A stretch of 25,166 bases of DNA, from positions 1-25,166 of IMG/VR virus record IMGVR_UViG_3300048589_001625; one strand, 5' to 3'. Positions 17,729 to 25,166 of this stretch are shown here, piece by piece. Every line of letters starts with the position of its first letter. Position 1 is the stretch's first letter. Both the position numbers and the translations under genes were made by a program. The DNA is from a virus (taxonomy: Duplodnaviria > Caudoviricetes). The notes under the pieces are model-generated. The model ran no database searches. It saw only the letters and a list, made by a program, of their open reading frames with translations, and had not been told where the DNA came from.

Positions 17729-20310
17729 TGGCCCGTCGCGTTAAACCAGGCGATAAACTCAACATCACCGCAGCGGAATACAACCGTCTGCTGGTGGCGG
17801 CCGATGCAGTTGCTCGCGATCGACTCGCCGGTGGCGCAGGAAACCGCACCCACGTTCGCGACGCTGCCACCGTTCGCGTTCACTACCAATCTGCGGCCAC
17901 TGTGCCCATCGGTGGAATCGTCGGTTTTAACGCCCCACTGGGCGATCCTGACGTGGGGCCCGCGGAACTCGCTCGCTTCGTACGCGATGCCACGATCCAG
18001 TCGGTTCGACCTGTCGCCGAAGAGCACGCGGGTCGGTTCGGTGTGGCCATCGAGCCGATCGCGGAGGACAAAGTCGGTCGCGTGGTATTTGCCGGAGTGG
18101 TCGCTGCCCGGGTGAACGTACAGGAGACCTGGCATCAGTATGCTGACGTTGCCGAGTCTGGCGGATCAACGCTGCAGTCGAAGCCCAACGGGTCGGCACA
18201 AATACTATGGCGACGCGATGCGAATCAAACAGGCGTCCAGTGGGCTGTTGTTCGAGTCGGTAAGCCGGCCGATCCAGCTTTCCTTATAAAAGTGCCGAGC
18301 GGTGGTATCGCAGGGCGTTCCGGTTTAGCCACGGGTTCAGCCAACTGTGACCTCTTTCAGCTAGACGATTCCGGCACAATTGAACCAGTCTTGAATCCAA
18401 GTGGTCAATCCGTTCGCATCATCGCTCGCAACCCAAGTGCCCAGCGCATTCGAGGCCCGGTTTCCAACTACGACGATGGGCAGTATCTCAGCGTCACGTA
18501 CGATGGCAATCGTTCCTGGATCATCGATCCGCCGAAACAGACTCTGTTATGTAAACCAGTCTCACGCCTCAAAGCCAAGAGCTGGGGCATGGCTCGTGAA
18601 CTGCGGTTCGCCAATGGCGTTTGGGCACCGATCGGAGTAAAGGTCGCGGTCTACAACGTCTGTGACTATGCGCTTCTGACAAGCCAGCAGATCGTTTGTC
18701 ATTTCCATGAGGACACCAGCGCGTACCTAACCATTGGATGCCGTTGCTGTGAGGGGAGCAGTAGTTCGAGTTCCAGCAGCAGTTCGTCTAGCTCATCTTC
18801 GTCATCACTTTCATCAAGCAGTTCAAGCAGTAGTTCGTCGAGTCCGTCTTCGTCGAGTAGCTCGAGCTCATCGAGTTCCTCGTCATCAAGCAGCTCAAGT
18901 GACTCGTCAAGTTCTTCTTCAGGCTCGAGTAGTTCATCCAGCTTGTCGAGCTCTTCATCACTTTCGTCCAGTAGTTTGAGTAGCGGCTCAAGCAGTAGCT
19001 CATCGAGTCCGTCATCGTCGAGCGGTTCAAGTATCTCATCGAACTCATCAAATTCTTCTAGTTCGCTCAGTTCTTCTAGTAGCAACTCATCTATGAGTTC
19101 GTCGTCGAGCGATCTGTCGAGTTCTAGCTCAAAGTCGTCTTCATCAAGCTTGAGTTCATCCAGCCCCTCCTCGTCGAGCTCCTCGGAATCAAGTTCGTCG
19201 CATTCAAGCTCCAGTGAGTCCAGCCACTCATCTAGTTCTGGATCATCAGCATCAAGCGGTTCTTCTAGCGAATCGAGCGAATCGATTTCACTGAGCGAGC
19301 CTTCGTACTCAAGTAGTCACTCATCGAGCGGATCGAGCTCCGTATCGAGTGGTTCAAGCCAATCCAGCGGCTCAAGCGGATCAAGCTCCAGTGAATCGGA
19401 TTCAAGCCAGTCGGAATCCAGTAAGTCTGAATCAAGTGAATCAGATTCGGATTCGTCGCGCGGCAGTGAATCCTATTCAAGCGACGCAAGCTACAGCCAG
19501 TCCTCTAGCGATAGCGACTCTGGTTCATCTAGTGGCAGCGATTCCAGCAAGAGCGGTTCGAGCGAAAGCGACAGCAGCCAGTCCGATAGTTCGGAAAGTG
19601 ACTCGACCAGTTCGGAAAGCGGCAGCGAATCTGAAAGCCAGTCGGATTCCCAAGCCCCGAGCAGTGATAGCCACTCGGTACCGAGTTACTCGTGGCCAAG
19701 CTACTCGCAACCCAGTTATTCCAGTGGAAGCGGTTCTGCGTCTACCAGCGTTTCCAGCGAAAGCAACAGCGAATCGCAGAGCGAGTCGGAAAGCGAATCC
19801 GACAGCCAATCCGAAAGCAATTCAGTGAGTCAATCACGTTCCGAAAGCGAACCATCAAGTGGCGATAGTTCGGAAAGTCGATCGAGCAGCGATCGACCAA
19901 GTTACAGCGAAAGCCATAGCGTGCCATGGTCAACCAGTCACTCAACCAGTGATTCCGCTAGTCATTCGCAAATCGATTCAGGCAGCGGATCGACAAGCGA
20001 ATCTGACAGTGATTCTTCACCATCAACCAGCGATTCTCGCGATCCATCAACCAGTGACTCAAATGATCCGTCAACAAGCGATCCCCCAGACCCATCCACC
20101 AGCGAGTCTGATCGTCCGAGCGTAAGCCATTCCGATAGCGAACCGCCAAGCGAACCTCCCACGTCCGACAGCAGCACGAGCGAGCCATGCAATACGACAT
20201 GGATCTGGTCCTGCGGTTGGCAGCTTCTTGAAAGCGATTGTCCCGAAGTCGGCGATCCGCCCGGTGGCTCTGGTGGATTTGATGGTGAAGTCGTGGAGGT
20301 GGCAGCATGA
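17728..20310 (+). CDS. Serine-rich mucin-like putative tail fibre/virion protein, 860 aa
   Basis: About 343-aa globular N-terminus ending in GCRCC, a Ser-dominated tract at 18757-20181, and a Cys/Trp/Gly C-terminal cap. No signal peptide. Located at the tail-fibre position. Confidence 0.8.
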   Translation: MARRVKPGDKLNITAAEYNRLLVAADAVARDRLAGGAGNRTHVRDAATVRVHYQSAATVPIGGIVGFNAPLGDPDVGPAELARFVRDATIQSVRPVAEEHAGRFGVAIEPIAEDKVGRVVFAGVVAARVNVQETWHQYADVAESGGSTLQSKPNGSAQILWRRDANQTGVQWAVVRVGKPADPAFLIKVPSGGIAGRSGLATGSANCDLFQLDDSGTIEPVLNPSGQSVRIIARNPSAQRIRGPVSNYDDGQYLSVTYDGNRSWIIDPPKQTLLCKPVSRLKAKSWGMARELRFANGVWAPIGVKVAVYNVCDYALLTSQQIVCHFHEDTSAYLTIGCRCCEGSSSSSSSSSSSSSSSSSLSSSSSSSSSSSPSSSSSSSSSSSSSSSSSSDSSSSSSGSSSSSSLSSSSSLSSSSLSSGSSSSSSSPSSSSGSSISSNSSNSSSSLSSSSSNSSMSSSSSDLSSSSSKSSSSSLSSSSPSSSSSSESSSSHSSSSESSHSSSSGSSASSGSSSESSESISLSEPSYSSSHSSSGSSSVSSGSSQSSGSSGSSSSESDSSQSESSKSESSESDSDSSRGSESYSSDASYSQSSSDSDSGSSSGSDSSKSGSSESDSSQSDSSESDSTSSESGSESESQSDSQAPSSDSHSVPSYSWPSYSQPSYSSGSGSASTSVSSESNSESQSESESESDSQSESNSVSQSRSESEPSSGDSSESRSSSDRPSYSESHSVPWSTSHSTSDSASHSQIDSGSGSTSESDSDSSPSTSDSRDPSTSDSNDPSTSDPPDPSTSESDRPSVSHSDSEPPSEPPTSDSSTSEPCNTTWIWSCGWQLLESDCPEVGDPPGGSGGFDGEVVEVAA
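20020..20115 (+). repeat. Four degenerate 24-bp tandem repeats encoding PSTSDSRD/PSTSDSND/PSTSDPPD/PSTSESDR
   Basis: Units start at 20020, 20044, 20068 and 20092. Confidence 0.8.
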
Positions 20311-20879
20311 TCCATTGTCCTAATTTGACCAACGACAACCGATGCCAGGTTGCCAGTCACATGGCAGAATGCCCCGTCCAGGCTTCATCCAGCGGTTGCC
20401 GAGCATGCACCGAGTGTTCCAACCCACAAGCGATCAACCTTGTGACGATCGGCATGGCCATCGTTAACCGGCGTCGGCGCAATCAAAACGTCGACGAACT
20501 CAAAACACTGCTGAAAAGCTACCTGCCTAATCAGGAAGAACCCGCGACTCTACGAATCGCGGCCTATAGGCCTGGGCCAGGTAACGAACTTCGCAAGATG
20601 CTCGCTTGGTTCGCCAGACCCAGCGACACCTGCAAGTGTGAGACCCGCGCCGAGACCATGAATGATTGGGGCGTGGAAGGATGCCGTACGAATCTCGACA
20701 CCATTATCGAATGGCTTTTGGAAGAAGCCCAACTCAGAGGATTACCCCATGGAAAGTTTACTAGAACGATCGCCAAGTCACTCGTGCTCACCGCCATCCG
20801 TCGGTTTGAACGTAAGTTCCCAGACGGTGCACCCGAGCCCAACGAAGACGATCCTGATGCCGACGAAGAAGATCGTTGA
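20307..20879 (+). CDS. Cys-rich hypothetical protein, 190 aa
   Basis: ATGA-coupled to the Ser-rich gene with a GGAGG RBS. Motifs CP..., CRACTEC and GPGNEL...CKC..RA..MN.WG..GC, with an acidic tail. Confidence 0.75.
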   Translation: MIHCPNLTNDNRCQVASHMAECPVQASSSGCRACTECSNPQAINLVTIGMAIVNRRRRNQNVDELKTLLKSYLPNQEEPATLRIAAYRPGPGNELRKMLAWFARPSDTCKCETRAETMNDWGVEGCRTNLDTIIEWLLEEAQLRGLPHGKFTRTIAKSLVLTAIRRFERKFPDGAPEPNEDDPDADEEDR

Positions 20880-22227
20880 ACGTTGCTTCTTAATGAATCT
20901 CGACCGGCGCGATGATCGACTCCATGAGTGGATGCAGCAACTGCCTCAGCCTTGGCCGTTTCCTGATGTCGAGCGATTCGCCGCCATCGATGGTCGCAGG
21001 CTTTCAACGCCGGAACAGTGGCGCGCTGGCAATGGTGCCTGGGGCTGCTACCGCTCGCACCTGCTCATCCTCGAAAAGTGCTTGCTTGAAGGCATCGATT
21101 CCTATGTGGTTTTTGAAGACGATGCCGGCTTTGTGCCCGACTTTGTTGAACACCTCGAAGCCTACGTGCGCGAGTTGCCCGAAGACTGGGGGTTGGCTTA
21201 CCTGGGAGGTCAACACCTCTACGCGGCCAAACATCCACCCAAGAAGATCAGCGATCACGTTTACCGACCTTATAACGTCAACCGTACTCACGCATTCATG
21301 GTGCGTGGACGAACGACGATGAAGGCATTGTATCGTCATCTCAACTGGAACGACTGGCATCTGAAGCATCACATCGACCATCACCTCGGCCGCTTGACTC
21401 AGCGGCGCTATGAAGCGCTGGTTCAGGGCAAGAACGTCGAGAAAGAATCGATTCCTGTTTACACACCCGATCGTTGGCTCGTCGGCCAGTTACCGACCAA
21501 ATCGAACATCTGCGGTCGCAAATGGACGCAGACGCGATTCTTCAACGATGCCAAGAACGCCGACCACAGCGACGCTCCATTCTTCGCCGTTCTCGGTCCC
21601 CATCGCAGTGGTACCAGTTGCGTGGCAATGATTATGCATCATCTGGGCGTTCACATGGGTAACGAGCTCGGTGGCTATGAAGCGACTGGAGGCGGCGAAG
21701 CGATCGGCCTAGCCCAGCTCTGTGAAAAGGCGATGCGATTCCCAGCGATCGATCCGAAGACGGCGGACGGTCAGCTGAGCAAGCAACTCAAGGCCTGGAT
21801 CGTAACGCGGAAGGCAGAAGCCATTCGCGATCGAACCGTGGCAGGGGGTAAGTATCCGCATCTCTGCCGATTCGCAAATCATCTCTACGAGGCCCTTGGT
21901 AACTCGCTCCATATCATCGCCGTTGATCGCCCGATCGAAGCGTCGATTCGCTCGCTTCAAGATCGCAGCAAGCGACACCCTGGCCAATGGTTCGCAGCCG
22001 GCGACGAGGCCTGCGACAAACTTCAGCGTTCGCTGCTCGAACACCGTGAGACGTTCATTCAAGAACATCCCGAGGTGCCAGTGCATCGCATCAACTTTGC
22101 CAAGCTGACGGAAGATCCGGAAACCGTGATCAACGAGTTGATCGCATTCCTCGGAATCGAGCCCACAGCGGAAGAGATCGATTCAGCGATCGCCCACGTC
22201 AATCCGGAGTTGAGGAAGTTCGGATGA
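20857..22227 (+). CDS. GT25 glycosyltransferase fused to a PAPS-dependent sulfotransferase, about 456 aa
   Basis: GT25 motifs FLMNLDRRDDR, RFAAIDG, GAWGCYRSH, VFEDDA and THAF. The sulfotransferase domain starts near 21580 with 5'-PSB VLGPHRSGTS, K.P, 3'-PB R-P...SIRS and INFAKLTEDP...LIAFLGI. Confidence 0.85.
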   Translation: MPTKKIVERCFLMNLDRRDDRLHEWMQQLPQPWPFPDVERFAAIDGRRLSTPEQWRAGNGAWGCYRSHLLILEKCLLEGIDSYVVFEDDAGFVPDFVEHLEAYVRELPEDWGLAYLGGQHLYAAKHPPKKISDHVYRPYNVNRTHAFMVRGRTTMKALYRHLNWNDWHLKHHIDHHLGRLTQRRYEALVQGKNVEKESIPVYTPDRWLVGQLPTKSNICGRKWTQTRFFNDAKNADHSDAPFFAVLGPHRSGTSCVAMIMHHLGVHMGNELGGYEATGGGEAIGLAQLCEKAMRFPAIDPKTADGQLSKQLKAWIVTRKAEAIRDRTVAGGKYPHLCRFANHLYEALGNSLHIIAVDRPIEASIRSLQDRSKRHPGQWFAAGDEACDKLQRSLLEHRETFIQEHPEVPVHRINFAKLTEDPETVINELIAFLGIEPTAEEIDSAIAHVNPELRKFG

Positions 22228-22670
22228 CACCAGTTGAAGACGTCCTCGCTAGGTTGCGGCATCGCTACATCATCATCGGCTCCGGCGCACTGCGGTTGCA
22301 TGGGATCGATTGGGAAGAAGGCGATCTGGACATTTGGCTTGATCCCAATCTATCCGATGAGGACTGGCAAGCGTCTGTCGATGATGCTGCTGGTTCTCTC
22401 AAGCGACCGTGGAAGCGAGGAGAGCCAGACGGATCAGGAGGACTGCGTGCATCGACTCGCATCGCATGTTCGCCACCGCTGGACGTGATGCGCGAAGTCA
22501 TGGGTTGCACGGCTGAGGACTTTGAAAAAGCCTTCGATAACTCGCTCATCTCGTTCTACGGCAATGTCGCTCCACTGAATTCAATCATGCACATCAAACG
22601 CAGCGCGAAGCGTCTCAAAGACTATCGCCATGCCATCAAACTTGCTCGCAAACTCCTTACCGCGTGGTGA
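22224..22670 (+). CDS. Nucleotidyltransferase (Pol-beta superfamily), 148 aa
   Basis: IIIGSGAL..HG...GDLDIW (hG[GS]x9-13DhD signature), a third Asp in PLDVM, and C-terminal K...R.KD. Confidence 0.7.
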   Translation: MTPVEDVLARLRHRYIIIGSGALRLHGIDWEEGDLDIWLDPNLSDEDWQASVDDAAGSLKRPWKRGEPDGSGGLRASTRIACSPPLDVMREVMGCTAEDFEKAFDNSLISFYGNVAPLNSIMHIKRSAKRLKDYRHAIKLARKLLTAW

Positions 22671-22673
22671 AAC

Positions 22674-23429
22674 ATGGAAGCAACGGTACCCATTCAAGAC
22701 ATTACTTTTTGCATTAAAACCATCCATCGGCCTTGGGCCTGCCATCGACTCGTTCAGTCGCTTCGAAATGAGTTCGGCGAACCCAAGATTGTGGTCGTGG
22801 ACGATGGACTGCCCGAACACTGGTTCTCTCGCAAGTATCCCGAGACAGCCAAACACTGCAAAGTGATCGACCTCGAGCAGCATGATGTGGGCGTTGGGAT
22901 CGGACGCAACACTGCGATCGACGCTGCCGAAACGGAGTTCATCTTTCTGCTGGATGATGACCAGATCGTGACGCCCGATCTACATCTCGATCGAGTCTAC
23001 CAACGGTTCATTGAGTACGACCTGGATATTCTAGCAGTCCGTCAGGGCGCTGGCGGCCGACCGATGCTTTTCAGCCCGCTGATGAATGGCACTCGGATCT
23101 GGATGCATCGTGGCGAACACAAACGCATCGGCGAAACCTGTTGGTGCGACATGGTCAGCAACGCTTTTCTTGCTCGTCGCGAAACGATTGCACGTGTTCG
23201 CTGGGACGACGAGATCAAGACGTATGAGCACTGGGAGTTCTTCTACCGTGCGTCCCAGATTGAACATCTGCAAATTGCCGTGGCACTCGACTGCTCGGTA
23301 GTCCACGACCATGTGGCAGCCAAGCCATACGGAGCACTGCGAGCCCGACCGAAGTTCCGCCGACTGGGGCTTCGCAAACACGGCTTTGATTCATTGCGCT
23401 ACCCAGGAGGAGGCATCGTCCATGCGTGA
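22674..23429 (+). CDS. GT-A glycosyltransferase (GT2 / B4GALNT-like), paralog 1, 251 aa
   Basis: Motifs ITFCIKTIHRP, VVVDDG, GVGIGRN, FLLDDD, NAFLAR and WDDEIKTYEHWEFF. Confidence 0.85.
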   Translation: MEATVPIQDITFCIKTIHRPWACHRLVQSLRNEFGEPKIVVVDDGLPEHWFSRKYPETAKHCKVIDLEQHDVGVGIGRNTAIDAAETEFIFLLDDDQIVTPDLHLDRVYQRFIEYDLDILAVRQGAGGRPMLFSPLMNGTRIWMHRGEHKRIGETCWCDMVSNAFLARRETIARVRWDDEIKTYEHWEFFYRASQIEHLQIAVALDCSVVHDHVAAKPYGALRARPKFRRLGLRKHGFDSLRYPGGGIVHA

Positions 23430-24150
23430 TCGCGTAACATTTTGCATCAAGACCATTCATCGCCCTCATTGCTGCGCAACGCTGGTGCGCAGCATTTACG
23501 AGCACTGTGGCGATGAGCGTCCGCTGATCTACGTCCTCGATGATGGCAGGCCGGAACTTCGCTTTTCGCAAACTTGCCCTGATGAAGCGGCTATGGTCGA
23601 TCGACTGATCGAGACCGAATACGACATCGGCTTGTCGGCTGGTCGCAATCGCCTGGTAGAAGCCGCCCAAACTCGCCTGGTGATCTTCTCAGATGATGAC
23701 CACGTGGTTGGTCCACAGACTCGGCTGAATGATCTTGTTCGTAAGTTCGAATCAAGTCGGCTGGATCTGTTGGCAACGCTCAGTAAGCAACCCCATCGCC
23801 CTCATCCAGACGGAACTCCCCGGCTGCTCACTTCGTCCGGTGGAGTACTCCATATTCCACGTGGTGAGTATCGGCGCATTGGCGACATTGCCGAATGTGC
23901 ATTCGTTTGTAATTGCTTCGTTGCCTATCGCGATGTTCTCCAGGCGGTTCGCTGGGACGAGGATCTGAAGGTTGACGAGCATTGGGACTTCTTTTGGCGA
24001 GCCAAGGTTGCCGGCGTCAGGGTTGGCGTGGCGATGGACCATGTGTTCCCGCACATTCACGTCGACCCGCCGGCATACAAGCGGCATCGGCCCATGTTCT
24101 TAAGAGCTGCACTTCGTAAACACGGACTAAGGAAGGTACTTTGGAAATGA
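23422..24150 (+). CDS. GT-A glycosyltransferase (GT2 / B4GALNT-like), paralog 2, 242 aa
   Basis: GGAGG RBS before ATG 23422. Motifs VTFCIKTIHRP, YVLDDG, GLSAGRN, FSDDD and WDEDLKVDEHWDFF. Confidence 0.85.
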   Translation: MRDRVTFCIKTIHRPHCCATLVRSIYEHCGDERPLIYVLDDGRPELRFSQTCPDEAAMVDRLIETEYDIGLSAGRNRLVEAAQTRLVIFSDDDHVVGPQTRLNDLVRKFESSRLDLLATLSKQPHRPHPDGTPRLLTSSGGVLHIPRGEYRRIGDIAECAFVCNCFVAYRDVLQAVRWDEDLKVDEHWDFFWRAKVAGVRVGVAMDHVFPHIHVDPPAYKRHRPMFLRAALRKHGLRKVLWK

Positions 24151-25166
24151 AACGAGTCATCGCAATTCTGGATTTGCCACCGCGCCGTGCGGTACCGACG
24201 GTACGAGAGAGTGTCGAGGCTGCTGCCGAGAGATGGAACGCCGAACTGTATTGGATTCGACGTCCTCTTCTACCATGTCATCCGTTCTGGCAAAAGATGT
24301 TTGTCTGTGGCGATGTCGCAAAGCGGTTTGGTCCATCGCATGTCCTGCAAATCGACAATGACATGGTGATTCGCAGCGACTGCCCATCGCCTTTCGAGTT
24401 GGCTGCACCTGGCCAATTCGCAATGGTGGCCGAACGACAATGCGCTCAGAACCGAATCGACAACGGCGGGTGGCAAAAGACAGCGCACGAGATTTGGGCC
24501 AAGCGTTGTCGCCTCAATCCCGCGCCGACCTGGATGCATCCTAACGGTGGGCTTTATCTCTACGACACAAAAACGTTTGCTCGCATGTTCGAGCGAATCA
24601 TCCAGTACTTGATCGTCACCTTCGGTGCAAACGACCAAGCAACCGACGAGTCGCTGATCATCAATCAACTGTGGAACGATCAAGCGGATTTGATCACTTT
24701 CCTGCCGCCTGACTTCAATGTCAGTATGTTGCAGACGCCGGAGTGGGCAACCAATCCTGTGATGCAGTCCTTTGTTTACCACTTCATAGGTCCCAGTAAA
24801 CCGCACCTGGATCGATGTCGCTGGCAACGAAGCAATCCGCCTGAGTTGCCTTTTCCTGATAACCGCCAATCGATCGAACTGATCAACGAGTGGAAAGATA
24901 AGCCGCCGGCCAGCTACGACGTGGGCACTGTCTTTCGACCCGATCTCGCTGCGAACTTGCTGGCTACGTTTCCGAATCTGATCGTCTCAGGGACGTGGTC
25001 CGACGAGCTGACTGTTTACGACGAAAGACTGACGAGCTTGGATGAAACGTTTTCATCGCATTTGGTGCTAACGCGATTTCTCATCCGTCTGGGCGTGAAT
25101 GCTCGTCGATTCAAACTTCGGATCAAGGAGGGCGACGATGCAACGCTTCAGCTTGCCCGCTCTTGA
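24147..25166 (+). CDS. GT8-like GT-A glycosyltransferase with a C-terminal extension, 339 aa
   Basis: Motifs WQKMF, VLQIDND (DxD), PNGGLYLY, DESLIIN, LPPDFN and YHFIG..KP occur in GT8 order. ATGA-coupled start; stop is the last codon of the window. Confidence 0.72.
   Translation: MKRVIAILDLPPRRAVPTVRESVEAAAERWNAELYWIRRPLLPCHPFWQKMFVCGDVAKRFGPSHVLQIDNDMVIRSDCPSPFELAAPGQFAMVAERQCAQNRIDNGGWQKTAHEIWAKRCRLNPAPTWMHPNGGLYLYDTKTFARMFERIIQYLIVTFGANDQATDESLIINQLWNDQADLITFLPPDFNVSMLQTPEWATNPVMQSFVYHFIGPSKPHLDRCRWQRSNPPELPFPDNRQSIELINEWKDKPPASYDVGTVFRPDLAANLLATFPNLIVSGTWSDELTVYDERLTSLDETFSSHLVLTRFLIRLGVNARRFKLRIKEGDDATLQLARS

Larger units (their letters stand above)
1454..25166 (+). mobile_element. Phage/prophage virion morphogenesis operon (siphovirus-like, lambda-type head) with a distal glycosylation cassette
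   Basis: Colinear terminase-portal-protease/capsid-connector-tail tube-chaperone-tape measure genes, mostly overlapping or abutting. Element boundaries are outside the window. Confidence 0.93.

Noticed and set aside
17728-20310. Diversity-generating retroelement or invertible tail-fibre system
   Set aside because: No reverse transcriptase, invertase or template/variable repeat pair was seen.
18699-20360. Leu/Glu/Asp-rich and Ala/Arg-rich ORFs on other frames and the reverse strand
   Set aside because: They are by-products of the Ser-codon tract.
20857-25166. Host LPS/capsule locus adjoining the prophage, or a Gtr-type serotype conversion cassette
   Set aside because: The genes are coupled in one chain to the Ser-rich tail gene with no promoter gap or att site. 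No flippase, polymerase or membrane GT is present and the enzymes appear soluble. This is not formally excluded without flanking sequence.

Overview
An apparently intact lambdoid/siphovirus-type phage (or prophage) morphogenesis region on the + strand, from 1454 to the window end. Head genes are a Nu1-like small protein, GpA-type terminase, gpW-like protein, lambda-type portal, a prohead protease-major capsid fusion and two DUF2190 paralogs. An inserted module of a lipoprotein cysteine peptidase and three membrane proteins follows, then head closure, tail terminator, tail completion, tail tube, chaperone pair and tape measure. Where a tail tip or fibre is expected there is an 860-aa protein with a ~475-residue serine-dominated, mucin-like tract. 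It is followed by overlapping genes for a Cys-rich protein, a GT25-sulfotransferase fusion, a nucleotidyltransferase, two GT2/B4GALNT-like glycosyltransferases and a GT8-like glycosyltransferase. The best candidate for a new system is therefore a phage-encoded pathway that builds a sulfated O-glycan on a poly-serine virion fibre (inference). The left end has a divergent amidoligase gene and the start of another gene, both preceded by the same ~83-bp putative promoter repeat. No integrase, att site, tRNA, rRNA or CRISPR array was seen. A Planctomycetota host is a tentative guess. All family calls come from motif recognition by eye, not from database searches.
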